From contig OY986948.1 of NCBI GenBank assembly GCA_963920595.1, positions 3,162,001 to 3,226,000 on the forward strand: DNA of 64,000 nt, given 5' to 3'. This document shows, piece by piece, positions 20,275 through 33,365 of the stretch. Below the pieces are notes generated by a model. The model was not told the DNA's origin and searched no databases. It saw nothing but the letters and a program-made list of their open reading frames with translations. A program made the position numbers and the translations under genes. This DNA is from Eimeria praecox. Its lineage: Eukaryota. Position 1 is the stretch's first letter, and the number at the start of each line of letters is the position of its first letter.

Positions 20275-21915
20275 ATGGATGGTTATGGTGAGCGTGGAGA
20301 GGGGAGTACGAGGGTGAAGTCGGAGCCGGCGCTAGGTGCCACGAATGTGCTGGTAGCTAGTAGGAAGACTGCCTCTAATTCCCCTCTTGGACGAGTTGGT
20401 CTGGCGCCTTTGACACTGGCTGCGGCCAGCTTGATCGTGTTCGTCATGATCCGTAAAAGCCTGCTGCCATGGGTAGATCCTATGGATTTGGCAGATCCTG
20501 TGGATTGGGAAGGCGCAGCTGTGCCTAGAGCTGCCAATAGCCCTTCTTCTTCCTCCTTTTCGTGCGAGAAAACGAAACGACCCGTGCAACAGGTTGGAGT
20601 AGATTGCCGCCCTGTTGGTGACTCTGACAATACGCACACTCAGCCGCTAGGGAAAGCGGAAACTTCTGGTTCATCGGTCTCCGTTCTACCCATCAGTCAT
20701 CTAACACAGCATGCACCACAGTATGATGGATGGGGGTTGCCTTCACTTAAACACTTTGAACATATTCTTCCGCCAACACAGCAGCAGGGCAAAGATGCCC
20801 TGGCTGCCTGGGCAGTTGAGTTCTTCTCAACCGAAGCCGCTGTTAAATCTGCTGACAGATTTCAACGTGTTGTTTGTGGGGCTCTTTGGGAGGGGACTGT
20901 TGATTCCTTTGTTGGGATGGTCTTAGTTTTGCGCGAAGTGCGGCCCTTGAAGTTGGAGGGTGAGATCAGCCATTTGCCCCGCATGCTGCGAGTCACAAAG
21001 GTAGCGGGAGCTCTCCAGCAGCTTTTATTGCTTCATGCTGAAGATATGGACACTCAAAGGGAGTTTTCGGTGCAAATCCCTTTGCTTAGTGAGAATGTAG
21101 CCAGGATGCTTGGTACAGAAGAGTTTGCGGGCAAAACACGGGATGCGTTTAAGGATGAGCGGAACGCAGAGATACAGGCCTGCGGCAACATTTCAGCCGA
21201 AGCCGCCGCTTCCCTGAAGGGCTTTGCAGTGTCTCTATACACTGCGGAGATTGTCGGTGTCGCTCCAGTTTGTTTCGCGCATGGGGTGTACATCTTAAAT
21301 CGCCCAAAGCTAACGGAAAAGTTCCTGGGGAGCCTTAGGGATCTCAAGATAAGCGCGCCTGGTGTCATGGAAAAAGCTCGGGACTATATCGCTTCGCGTT
21401 TGCTTCGTATGGTATTGAAACTGGAGCAGACGGGAATCGGCCACCTAGCCCTCGACTGGGGTTCTTTGTTCGTCTGTGAAGATGGCTCCTTCCTGTTGGG
21501 AAACTTTGGCAGTAGCTCTCCTTTCGGAAGGCCAGTTATCAGCGAATTGACCCGTCTTTCTGATCAGCTGGACCCTGGAATCTTGCTGGCTGCTGAAGAT
21601 ATTGGCTTGTCTCCAACACTTGGAACAAATTTGTGGTCTCTTGGCATCCTGCTCTTCCAGTTGTACACGGGCAAGGACAACCCATATAGAACAGCAGAGG
21701 GAAACTACGAAGGAGATGGGACAACAAAATTAGTGAAGGGGATGCCGCTAATAAGCATGCGTTCTTCCGTGCTGAAGCGTGAGCTGACAGCCGCGAACGT
21801 ACCGTTGAGGTGGAAACAGCTTATTCTGCGGTTGCTCGAGCCACGCAGCGCCAACAGAATAAATGGCTTTGAGATTACCCGGGAGTTCCTTGACCTCGTC
21901 TTTCACCCTGCTTAG
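20275..21915 (+). CDS. Rhoptry-kinase-like pseudokinase, single exon, N-terminal membrane anchor
   Basis: Kinase C-lobe (NLWSLGILLFQLYTG; LILRLLEP..NRI); HRD to HLA, DFG to NFG; hydrophobic LAPLTLAAASLIVFVMI; ATG 20275 preferred over 20191 by comparison with paralogues. Confidence 0.85.
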   Translation: MDGYGERGEGSTRVKSEPALGATNVLVASRKTASNSPLGRVGLAPLTLAAASLIVFVMIRKSLLPWVDPMDLADPVDWEGAAVPRAANSPSSSSFSCEKTKRPVQQVGVDCRPVGDSDNTHTQPLGKAETSGSSVSVLPISHLTQHAPQYDGWGLPSLKHFEHILPPTQQQGKDALAAWAVEFFSTEAAVKSADRFQRVVCGALWEGTVDSFVGMVLVLREVRPLKLEGEISHLPRMLRVTKVAGALQQLLLLHAEDMDTQREFSVQIPLLSENVARMLGTEEFAGKTRDAFKDERNAEIQACGNISAEAAASLKGFAVSLYTAEIVGVAPVCFAHGVYILNRPKLTEKFLGSLRDLKISAPGVMEKARDYIASRLLRMVLKLEQTGIGHLALDWGSLFVCEDGSFLLGNFGSSSPFGRPVISELTRLSDQLDPGILLAAEDIGLSPTLGTNLWSLGILLFQLYTGKDNPYRTAEGNYEGDGTTKLVKGMPLISMRSSVLKRELTAANVPLRWKQLILRLLEPRSANRINGFEITREFLDLVFHPA

Positions 21916-23289
21916 TAAATCCTCCGTCATTCAAGAGTCCAAGAGGTACTTCACTGGTCTGTGCAGCCCGCATGAAACCGCGCGCCTGGCCTGTGGATGG
22001 ACTAATGCTCTCTGCGACGAATGTGCCTGTTCTTGGAAAAAGTGGGGGTCCTCAAGGGCCCACCGGTTTCGGATCCGCGCCTACGAATGGAATTTCTCTA
22101 GCTGGCAAAGCCCAGCTATTCAGTGGCCGGCTTCCAGTCTTTGTTTTTTATCAATATGGCAGCGCTGCCAGAAGCGAGCATTCTCCAATCTCCGTTGAGT
22201 TTGACATCGTCTGTTGAGGCCGTTTCCCATGAAGAGTCGTCACGTGCTACGCAAGGGCAATTGTGGTGAAGTGCTTCGTAATCACAATCCTGCTTGTCTT
22301 GAATCTGTACTTTTTGCGTAGTGTATTAAGCTGGCTTTGAAGAGAGCAACTTTGTGAATGCAGATTAGCACGCCTTTTCAATCCCCTGGCATGTTACTCT
22401 GTGTCTTTTTTTAATGTGTTGAGCGGTTTGTAAAACAGGGATCCGATAATTGTCACACGTTTGAAAGAAGGTTTCACCTCACTGTAGCTTCATGTAGGGG
22501 AGGCTGTAGGTCACCTCTGCGGAAGTTATTGGGGCCAAAAGGCCTCACCGAGGAGGGTGATGCCTGTGACCATGTGTTCAGGTTCGGGTAGTTTCGAACT
22601 ACTCGGGCACAGAGTTTCCTGTGGAGCAGGACGCTCTGACTGGTCTCGGTTTTTTTTTCAGATTAGTGTACTCATTCACTGCATGAAAGCATACTTGCTC
22701 ATGCCCAGTAAGAATGTGCTTAGCACTCCTTGCCTTGTTTGCCATTTACGTGGCTGCGATCTCGGGCCTGACCGAAGCAACGCGAGGGCTTTAAACACAC
22801 GCCTCACGGCTTTGCTAGAGTTACTCATTCAGCCAGGCAGGATCGCATATTTAATAATAGCCTTACTATTAGGTTAATGGAAATTGAGAAGTGAACTGCT
22901 CTTACAGCTCTGCTGTGGTGCACGGTGTAACCCGGCTAGTGAACAATCGACGACACCCAAGAACTAGTTACAGCGTGGGTTGTGCCCCACGGAATCCATA
23001 TGTAGGATATACGTTCCTTCCTGAAGTGTTTCATTCACACGATTTCTCAGAGTTATATGTACAGCTTTATTTATTCGTTCTCATGTTCGAACGTTGGGTG
23101 AGGCTGTGTGGTCCTTCTTCCACAGCGACCGTGTCTGTATGGCCACAGGAACTGCCACGAATCTCCTTGTACTGAGCTGTAGATTTGCATATTTCTTCTT
23201 TAGCGCTGGAAATTAGAGGTTATTTGCCTGTGCGTTGGTTTGTTTATCCCAATCATATGTAGTTCCTCGTCGCATCCCTCTGAACAGCG

Positions 23290-24948
23290 ATGATTGAGGA
23301 GCTCCGCCTTGTGGAGGGGCAAGAGAGCATTGTTTCCCCCTCCAGTGTAGATAAAGCCATTCAAACAGATGAGCCGAAGCGAGACAATACATATTTGATC
23401 GTTGGGGATGCAGGAACTGTGCGCCGAGGTCAGTGGCAACGATATATTCCCTACTGCCTGACGTTGGGTGTGGCAAGTGCGCTGTTATTCACCCTCCTCT
23501 CTAAAGTTCCAGTGGCTGCGCGTAGCCGTCTACCTGTGTACAAGGAAGACGGAAATTACCGGGGCGTTCATCGTATCCTTTCCCTTGGCATGCCGTCGAG
23601 TTCTATAACGGAACATGAGGAGCAACAGCACACTCAGGATGCGCGGATGCATCCACCCGCAGGTGAGAAGGATGCGTCTCCTTCTTCTTTAGTTCCCCCT
23701 ATATCTCCTTTGCGTCCTGAAGAGAAACGTCTCTTGTACGACCAGTGGGGCTTGCCAATGCTCGATCAGTTTGAGAGGACGCTCCATCCATCTGTGAAGC
23801 AAGGAAAAGATGAAATTGCAGCCTTCCTTGCTACGAGAGACGAGAGCAAAGCGTCACCACCTGAAGCATCCCAGGGCGAACTTACTATTGTCGCTAGAGC
23901 TTTATCTGGTGGCGCGTCGGATTCCTTGGTTGGTATGACGCTGATCTTGAAGAACGTGATGCCATTGCACTGGATGGAGAGGAGCGGGCCTTTGAGCCGC
24001 GTTGTTCGCATAAATAAGTTACTTGGCACAGGATTTTCAGCCATAGTGGTAGAAATCGAGGATATGGATAATCATGAGGTGTTTGCAATGCGCATTCGCC
24101 GGCAGCGTGCAGACACTGCACGGTGGTTTGACAACGATGATTCTTTCATTGCAGAGATACAACGGGAATTTATTTTGGAGGAAGAGGCAACGAGACAGTT
24201 ATGTGGCGTCATCCCAGCAAGTAAGGTGGCCTTAAAGAAGGGCATTGCCGTTCCCTTGTACAACGCTGACATTGCTGGAGTCCCCGATGCCCAGCGCTTC
24301 GGTGATTATTTTATCTTCGGACACGTACAGCTAATGGAGAGGCTAGGCGTGGCAGTTATGGACCTCTTTCTAGATGCAGAAGATGTTGTAAAGAAATCTA
24401 GGGAGTACATAGGCCGACGTTTGATACAGATAGTTCTCAAAATTCAACAGGCAGGCGCCAGCCACAACGACCTAAAGTGGGACAACGTACTACTGCGTGC
24501 AGACGGCACATTCCTTGTGGGTGATTTGGCTTCTGTCCTTCCTTTTGGAAGTCCGTATAGGGAACTGACTTTTTTTACGCCACAGTATCGGGAGCCTCAG
24601 CTAGGTTTGGCTGAAAAGGCAGCCTACGAGAGCGGGTTTAACATCCCCCAAGCCAGCAGCGACTTGTGGTCCCTTGGGATAATGCTGTACGAGCTTTTTA
24701 CGAATGAGACGTATCCATATGGAGAAATGGAAGCAGAAGACATCGGTAAGCATGAGCGGATGCTTGCAAAATGGCTTATTCAGAACAATACAAGGTCAGC
24801 TTCTCTTACCCCTGACCTTAAGGCTGCAGAAGTACCCCCCGTGTGGATGAGGCTCATTCAGAGGCTGCTTGAGCCGAATAAGAGGTATAGAATAACAGGG
24901 TGGGGGATATTGGAGGAATTTCCTGAGCTAGTACACAATCCAAAGTAG
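23290..24948 (+). CDS. Rhoptry-kinase-like protein, single exon
   Basis: LGTGFSA, FAMRI, HNDLKWDN, GDLA, FTPQYREP, DLWSLG; transmembrane YCLTLGVASALLFTLL. Confidence 0.9.
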   Translation: MIEELRLVEGQESIVSPSSVDKAIQTDEPKRDNTYLIVGDAGTVRRGQWQRYIPYCLTLGVASALLFTLLSKVPVAARSRLPVYKEDGNYRGVHRILSLGMPSSSITEHEEQQHTQDARMHPPAGEKDASPSSLVPPISPLRPEEKRLLYDQWGLPMLDQFERTLHPSVKQGKDEIAAFLATRDESKASPPEASQGELTIVARALSGGASDSLVGMTLILKNVMPLHWMERSGPLSRVVRINKLLGTGFSAIVVEIEDMDNHEVFAMRIRRQRADTARWFDNDDSFIAEIQREFILEEEATRQLCGVIPASKVALKKGIAVPLYNADIAGVPDAQRFGDYFIFGHVQLMERLGVAVMDLFLDAEDVVKKSREYIGRRLIQIVLKIQQAGASHNDLKWDNVLLRADGTFLVGDLASVLPFGSPYRELTFFTPQYREPQLGLAEKAAYESGFNIPQASSDLWSLGIMLYELFTNETYPYGEMEAEDIGKHERMLAKWLIQNNTRSASLTPDLKAAEVPPVWMRLIQRLLEPNKRYRITGWGILEEFPELVHNPK

Positions 24949-27120
24949 ACTAGTTCTTCTTGTGTCTGCCGTTGTACGTGATATGCGCAACGGCGGCACC
25001 CAAACGTTTGATTATTGCGACAGGGGGCAACTGCGACCCTTTACTTCTATCCATCGTTTAAGTACAAAGTGACCCAGGCATATGTAATTTGACCCATTTA
25101 CCGCGTGTCGGCCTTGTAGACATGCACGTGCTAGCCAAGAAAGCCAGTAAGCACTGTCATAGAGTTGCGTTTATGGCCCTGTGTCCACGTTGTCTGCACT
25201 GCAAAGCACAAAGTGGGAGGTTTTCGTTCCTTCGTGATGGCGTAGGGAGAATGGGAACCCTGATAGGTAGAAATATGCAGTTTTAGTGTAGAACCAGGCA
25301 CATCGCGCGTCTCTTGCCCTGATGCTAGAAGCAAGCAAGATGCCAAAACGGTCCCCATGCAATTCATTAGCATGGTCCGGGCTGTGACAGCGGGACCATT
25401 GTTTAATTGTGATTGCCATAGGACACTCTGTGAGAACTTGCTCTTTCGGTGCAGCGTGGTATTCGCTCAGCACTGCACAATCGGTACATTCTTGCGGCCC
25501 GATCACAAGCATAGCCAGGTGCCAACCATGGACTTGTGTGGCCTCCATGCTGCCCTCAATTTTGAAGCGGGCTAGTCGCTAAGCTAAACACTGAAATATT
25601 TGACGCAGCGCAGGATGATGAAACTGTGGTGGGCGCCCTGAAGCTGTGAAGAGGAACAGGCTATGCACTTCCGAGTTCCATAGGAGCATCGTTTCCCACA
25701 TTTACATAACCCAGTGTGTGCTTCACTCCACTTTCTGAGGGCGGATTTTCTGATGATGCCAGGTCTTCTCACCAGCATCAGCTAATGGATTGGCCCCATG
25801 TGAAAGCTCTACACGAATGCAGAGTGCTGCTATTCCATTCCATAAGCCTCTGTATGTTTAGATCTTCAGTTCGTGTAATCACTGATTACCATTCACATGC
25901 TATAGTTAAAGCAATTAATATATCCTTATTAGTAGCCTCTGGGATGCAGTTTTGTGTTGGCATTTCGATCCAGTGTTGCTGCATCCACTACGAGGGGCAT
26001 GTGGCCGGTATGCTGGCATGCGGCTTTCATTGGTTCTCACCTACAGCGCTTAAGTAGGCGGCATACACGTTAAAGTGCCTTCCTGGTCTCCAAGTATACA
26101 GGCAAACAACGTGTACTCTGAACCATTCCCACAAACAGGTCAGTAAATGGAGGAGTTATTTCCCCAGTTGCCAGGGATCCGAGGACTCAGTAATTAGAAT
26201 AGTGATTTTAAATAAAAACCTGTTGCAGTAAATTGCACGATTTCATTGCTTTTGAAGGAATTCCTGTCCACCCCACAAGGGGTCATCGCCGGCGCTGGCG
26301 TGTGTTTGGCGGCGGCAATCACTGTGGCGCTTGTGCCAGTGTTCTGCCATCTTTGTCCCCTTTTCCCATTATATTCTAAAGGTTAAAACAAAAGCGCGAG
26401 GAACTAACTGGAGAGGACGGTTCCTCATAGTCACGATCATGCGGACCAGCAAGCGGACCTGCAAATGCAAAATGCTTGACACACTCCGGAAATACGTATC
26501 AAAGAGTGTTTTTGTCCCTCCTTCTCCTCTCATTTAGGAAGTTGAACTTCATTTTTGCAGCCGTATGTTAAAATGTCTATCAGACACAGCTGTGGCTTCC
26601 TTCTACAATCACGGTCCGGGCGACGCTGTCACCGGCGGGAATGTCGGTGTTTCCTAAAGGATTCCTCCCCAACCCAGCACAGTTATCCATGAAATAAAAC
26701 TCCTTAAGCTTTTTTTGTTTGTTTACACTGACATATGCATATCTAAAGAATGTTAGCGACGAAGACTAACCGCCGCTATTAGGACAAGGGCAACCCGCCT
26801 TGAGAGCGCTTGTCTTGGCATTTCCGTCGGGATTTCGTGGCGACTCCATAGTGTTCCCAGTCCCTGTCCATTACCATTCAGCATCTTCTACTTTCTATTC
26901 TTTCTTTTGACTCGATAGTGTAGCAGGCATGCTCACTTGCATTAACCCCGACCGTATCGCTGGGTCGTCAGAGGGTCTGTGCCGCCTACCCTCTTGGCTA
27001 GCCATCTGGTCTCACTCATGCAGAAGTCCTGGATAAGATATCGTTTGTTGCTGGTAGACCCACCCTGAAACACTCCTCATCCATCACCTACCTGTGGAAA
27101 GCCCTGCAAGAACGCAGGCC

Positions 27121-28704
27121 ATGAGGGGGGCTCCTCTCCTGCTTTCTTTCCTTCTACCTTGGGACGCTGCTTTCCTCTTTGTTACTGCTGGGCAAGAGGA
27201 GAATTCCCATACCTCCTTCGAAGATTCGAGGAACCTGCGCCCTACTGAAGACACTGCATCCGCTCGTCGCATGGGTTTCCTGGTGGCCACCGATGCGCAC
27301 ACCACTCCCTCTGAGATGCCACTATGGACGCCTGGAGGAGCGCAAACGGTGGAATCAGCCCCAAACATTGGTGATGCAGCTCATCGTACATCAACTCCAG
27401 CAGGCATTGCCGGCACTCGCGGAGCACAACTGGGCGTGCAGGAGCCCCTGTCGTTCTATGGGAATGTCCACGTCGCAGATCCAATGCCAGTAGCCGAAGT
27501 CCCCGTGTGGATATGGTAAGATAGTACATACTACAAGATCGTTGCAACTGCAGATAGGAGAGCAGACTAGGCATCCTCCTGCGACTTGGTGTGGAAGCGT
27601 ACAGCTGGACACGCCAGCCTGGTGTGCTTGAAGGCTGAAAAGCGCTGACCTTACCGTATCTCCGTATGAATGCTACTAACCAAATGAAAGCATAAATCTC
27701 TGTTCATACGGAGATGAGCCATGCAGCCGCTTCTGCGCGCAAAAACCCAAAGACGCATTCATTGCCCGTAGACCGACTTGTGCAGTACACACTCGCACTA
27801 CAAGCACCAGCACAAAAACCTATTTCCGTAATGATGCAAGCTTAAACGTACTTTGGCACGTGCTTATTTTAGATGCACAGCAAGGCATTTTCGCATATCC
27901 AGCTACTAGAAATGTGTGCTACTTGCGTTTTCCTAAGGGCCTCCTCAACAGTCATCTGCACATTGCTGCTGCTGCTGTGGGTGCTGCACCAACGACGGTT
28001 TTCTGTAGTAGCAGCACAGCTACGGCTGATTCAGCGTCGCTGTTTTAGCCCTCCCGCCGCACTCTACATGAGCCTCGTCTATTCCTTCTTTCCCCTTTCC
28101 GGAGCAATCGCCTGGTGAGGCATTCTTGCAAGGAGAGCAACAGTGATGGAAGCCTGAAAAGCAGCGGCAGGCAGAACCGCAAAGAAAGATGTAGTAGCAG
28201 CACCTGGCGTACAGGAGTTTTTCGATCCCGTTTTCCACTGCATAGGGACCTTGGCTATCCCTGGCTCTGTGCTTGTCTCTGCTGCCCATTCACCCCTGCC
28301 CATCGGTGCTGTTCGAGTGGCTTTTGTCTGTTCAGGCTCTCTCTTTTGGAGCCCCGTGTTGGTTTGCTGCTGTCACAGCTTCGGTCAGCATGGGAGGTTT
28401 GTTGCTTGCACTGTTTCATGCTGCTAATGCTGCACCTCATGGGTGGCCCAGAGACAACGTTGCTTCTAATACAACAACAACACGTTTTGCCGCCTCCTGA
28501 AGACAGTGAGAAAGCACTTGACGATACGAAACAGGTTTCCATTTCGACGGGAATGGACTGGAGAGGTAAGGCGGACGGCAGAGAACTTCCTCCTTCCTCG
28601 CAGCCGGAACAGGCAAGCATGCAGCAAGAAGGAGAAACACACGAGTCGGGGACTAAGTTCGAGCCCAGAACAATGGCTGTTCGGCGTCTCAGCCAGTCCG
28701 GCGG

Positions 28705-28735
<31 letters not shown>

Positions 28736-31363
28736 GGACCCACGGGTCATGAAGAATCCCGCAGGGAACTCAATGCAACACGGCTTTTCCGTCGTGGCCT
28801 TTCTGCTCCAAATCTGCTGCTTTCAGCTTTTGCATTGCAAACAGCAGCAGCAGCACCAGGTGCACAAATACCAGCTTCACCCCCACAAGCGACAGCGGCG
28901 AAAGAAGAACAAGAGCTGGTGCCGGATGGGGTCAGTCAAGAAGCGTATCAAACTGCCACGTACTCTGGCAGCGGCTACGCTTCCGCTTCACAACAAGAAG
29001 CAGGGAGATCTGATGCATCACAGAACGCAAGCGAAGCGAGACATGGAATGCCAGGGGATGCTGAAACGCCTGCCAGAATACCTCCAGCAGCAGCTAGTGC
29101 TGCCGCTTCTGGCCTCACAGGAAGCACTGCCCCGGCGCTCCTGAAGAGCCTGAAGCCACCCAAGTGCTCTTGCTCAACTGCAAGTGCAGTCGCTCATCAA
29201 AGTCGCATCAGATGGACAAGGGCCAGGAGGGCCGGCTGCTTTAGCACCAAGAGCTGCCCAAGTTGCAACAAGACCGTCATCTGCCCCCGCTGCTGTGGAG
29301 AAAGCCGACTGTCGGGGTCCGAGTGCAGCAGCCACGGCAGCAACAGCCTCAAGAACGGCAGCAGCAGCAATCCTGTCAGCACTGATGAGCCACAGGCTGC
29401 ACGTTCTATTTGGCGTCGGTGCAGAGAAAGGCTCCACAGGCAGCGTTTGAAGTTTGGGGCTCCTAACTGCCGCCGAAGCAGCATGCCACCCTTTTGTCCC
29501 ACGGTGGTGGCCTTAGCGCCGCGAAGCGAAGAGGCAGATAGGTCGCCATTCGAGGCAGATGCGCTTCTTCCAGGTTGTCATGTTGCTCCTGCTGCTCCTG
29601 CTGGTCCTGCTGATGCGGTTGCTTCTGCTGCTTCTGCTGCTTCTGCTCCGCCTGCTGCTTCTGCTGCTGCTGTCGGCAAGCTTCCCGAACTCCATTTCCA
29701 GCATCAGCTAAAACCACAGAGGAACTCCGAACCAACGGGAGACGGAAATAGTGAGAAGAATCCTGCCCCAGCAGACAAAGGACCCGGTGCAGATGCCATC
29801 GATGTTGCCACGGCAGCTGTAAACGCCAGCAGCAGCCAAGATATGGTTGAAAGCCTCAATCTTGCGTCCCCACCAGCCGGTGTTGTTGTTAGACGACAGC
29901 AGCAGGATCAGAATAAACTCCAACCGCAGACAGCGCCGCAGCATCAGCAGAGGCGACGCTTCTTGCGGTTGGGCGCTGCTGAAGCCGGATTGTCAGGGCA
30001 GGGAGCAGCGCTGCCTGGCAGCACTTGCAGCACCTCTCTAACCTCTCACGGCTCTTCTCCAGCTGTGTTGTTCACGGGGAAAGGCCGGCAAACTGATGCC
30101 CCTTCGAGGGATATTCATCAAAAGGATACGAGCCTCGACCTCCAGCTGCAGTCAACGCGCCCTTCCGCTGCCTGTGCTATGCCGGCAGACGAGGAGATGG
30201 ACAACAAACCGGGAAATACAGACAGGAGAATTTGGTTCGTGCCTCCACTGTGCTGCCTTGCCTGGAACACAAAGGCGAGGGCCTTTTCGGCGGTGAGATA
30301 TCATTAACCTCGTATATCTGCCGTTGCTGCAGGATGTAGAACTGATGCCGTTTGAGCTGCTGGTAGCAGTGCCCGTACAGCTATTAATACTGCTAACATC
30401 GCTGCATCCGTATTAAATGCTTGAAATTATCTCTAGTATTGTATCAAGCTCTTCGCTTGCGTTTGCTCAGTGGGACCTGCGCATGAGCTACCGTTGCCTA
30501 CTTCCCTTCACAGTGCTGAAGTTGTTGCGAGTGCTGCTCTGTTATTTGCTGTCAACTTTAATGCATTTCGGGGAAGAAGGAGAGGATGTTTCTGGGGCTG
30601 GTGTTCCTACGGATGCCTCTGCGGCTGTTGGGCGAGGAGCGAGTAATCAACATGTGCTGCAGCGTTTGCTGCAGCTCTGCTGCTTCTTTTCACTAGTTGT
30701 TGCAATGTGGGGCCTGGCCGTTGTCTTCGTTGCCACAAGACCTCTGCTGAAGCCCTTTAACATAGGTCAGAATACAATTTTTTGAGTGTTTACAGTTTGG
30801 AAGTACGTGGATGCGGTTTCTAATATAGCGGAACAAACATGAGGCTTTGCATGCACGCTTCACGTGCTGAAGATTGTGCTGCTGGTACAGCTTTCACGGA
30901 AACTCAACGTGAGTCCCCATGATTGCTGAGCTGTGTGTACACCTCAGGTTGGAAGTTTACCTGCCTAAAGGCCCTGGTGTTTTTCATACAGTTGCTGGAA
31001 CTCGCTGCGGAAGCGTTGCAGCCGATATCTCGTGCTGCCTCTTCTGCAACAGATGGTGCAGCAGCAGCAGCAACAGCGGCAGCTCAGCGAGTTTATGTCT
31101 TCACCTTTCTCGAGCTTGTTGGGTCCGCCGTTTGCGCTGTGATGGCTACATGGGCTTTCAAGCCAGGAGACTTGTTGCGTGCACACGAACGCTTGCTGCT
31201 GCTGCAGAAGCAGCTTCCTCTTGGCGCTGCCCCAGCAATCGAAGGGAATGGCAGCTGCAGCACCAACTTCGTGAAGAGGAGGCTTACTTCCGGGTGTTTG
31301 GGGAAATTATTAACTGCTGCTAGGAGATGCAGTTTCAGATGCTTTTGGCGGACCCCAGCATAA
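27121..31363 (+). CDS. TMEM184/OSTalpha (Solute_trans_a)-like multi-pass membrane protein; exons 27121-27515, 27938-28114, 28336-30292, 30471-30765, 30948-31363
   Basis: GT-AG junctions join in frame; WLSLLEPR..LRSAWE..FMLLMLHLMGG, PPLCCL, SLVVAMWGL..TRPLLKPFNIGWKFTCLKALVFF and ELVGSAVCAVMATWAF resemble the TMEM184 pattern. Confidence 0.65.
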
Positions 31364-31845
31364 AACATAAGAGCAGCCCTCAAGGGGGTTCGAATTCCAC
31401 GCCCATACACACTAGACTTTCTATTCAAGTACATGAACAGCTAGCGCCTGCAGCGAAGAAAGCTGTAAAGGCACCTAGCATTGCCTTTCGGCTGATCGTC
31501 TGTTGGTTGCAACATCGTTCCCTCAACTATGGCAAATGCAATTTCTGCGTGCTTTGTGCACATCTCCTATGCAATCGACTCTTCGTCTTAATGTAGAGTC
31601 GAGGCGATGCTTGCCAAAACACGAAACTTCAATTCATCAGTGAATATAAATACTGGCGAAGAAAAGAGATCTCGCAGAGGAGTGTGAAAACTGGATAAAC
31701 ACACACTCGGCGACCCTCCCGAGTTTCTCTCTTTGCTGCTTTCCTTTTATTTTATGCTCCATTTCAATGTCTGCCGAGTATCCGGACTCCTGTAGCCCAT
31801 GAAAATTGTCTGTTTCACCTGATAACCCCTTACGAACCAATGATC

Positions 31846-31877
<32 letters not shown>

Positions 31878-32305
31878 TGCTGCTAGTGGCCTTGCTGCTG
31901 TTATGCTATTTTCGCAATTGTGGCCGCACTGTACCGATGTGTACGTGAAGCTGCTGCCATTTTGTATGGAAATGAAGTGTTAATCGACGTCTACTTGATA
32001 ACACTTTAAGACAGATACGTCCGTTGCTACAAACGTCGTTGCAAGTCTGTCTGCAGCCACTCCTATTCGAGCTGCTTCTATTCATTCAGCTGCGTCTTTA
32101 CGATGTTTACATCCTCTGCTTCATCTAGAGGGGTTACTGGCTAAAGCAGGTGTGGTGTATGCAGCTCTAGACACAGCTATCAGAGTCCGCTGGACTGATG
32201 CTGCTGCCACTGCTACTCCTGTATTAGCTGTAGCTGTTGTTATACTCGCTGTCCTTGCAGCAAACGATGCACCGAAACACGAAGCAATATAAAAAGCGAT
32301 CTTGC

Positions 32306-33334
32306 CTATAGTACCTGCGTTTGCGATTGTAAATGCTGCTGCTGTTGCTGCTGCTGCAGTTGCTGGAGTTTCTGTTGGTGCAACTGCTGCTGTTGCAGCT
32401 GGTGGAGATGATGCTGCAGCAAAGCTCCCTGTACCTGTTGTTTCTCGCTAACATGTGCTAGCTGCATATGAAGGAGTTGTTGCTGCTGCTGCTGCATGCG
32501 CTGGTGTTGAGTTTGTTGCAGCTGCTGTTCTTGAGCCCGTAGCAGCAGGTCTTGCTGCATTGCCACTTGCTGCTGCAGCTGCTGCACCATTGCCTGCTGC
32601 TGCTGCAGCTGCAGCTGCTGCTGCTTGATCAACTCCTGTGGAGTCAGCAACGAGCTGGCGTCCCCCAGTTGCTGCTGCATGGGTTGATGCAGCGGCTGCT
32701 GCAGAGGCTGATGCAGCGGCTGTAGCGGCTGTTGCAGTGTGTGCTGTAGCGGCTGCTGCAGCGGCTGCTGCAGCGGCTGTTGCAGCGGTTGTAATACCTG
32801 TTGTTGAGCCGGCTGCTGCAGATGCTGCTGCAAAGGCTGCTGCAGCAACACCAATGCCGGATCCCCGCTAGGGTGTAGTAGCACCCGCGTGCCCAGATCT
32901 TGACCTGTGATGGTGCTGGAAGCATCTACTAGGGGGCTGTGAGAGAGCGAAGAACCAGGAGCTGCAGCAGCAATAGGGCTAGCAGCAGCAGCAGCAGCAA
33001 CAACAGCAGCAGGGGACTCCGATTCCGAAACTGGAGCAGCAAGGGGTGCAGCACCAGGCGCACTCAGCGTTTCAGGGCTGAGGGCTAACATCAAGCTGCT
33101 TCCTGATCCTGTCGACACTTGGCTCAGCTCTTGCTGCTGATGCTGCTGCTGCTGCTCCTCCTCCTCCCCTTCATTATCATCACCATCATCATCATCATCT
33201 TCTTCTTCTTCCCACTGGTAGTCATCTTGCAGCGGCCTTCTATCTGCTGTTTTATCGGCGTGCTGCAGCTCTGCTTCCAAGGTAGGAATATCGTCGTCCA
33301 ACCGATGAGCTGAATGTGAATGCTCGTTTCCAAC

Positions 33335-33365
<31 letters not shown>

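Noticed and set aside
28115..28335. N-terminus of the 730-aa ORF
   Set aside because: Starts at a GT donor and corresponds to intron 2 of the TMEM184-like model
30333..30470. Alternative exon start implying a premature stop at 30414
   Set aside because: The acceptor at 30470 gives a stop-free product that fits the family pattern better
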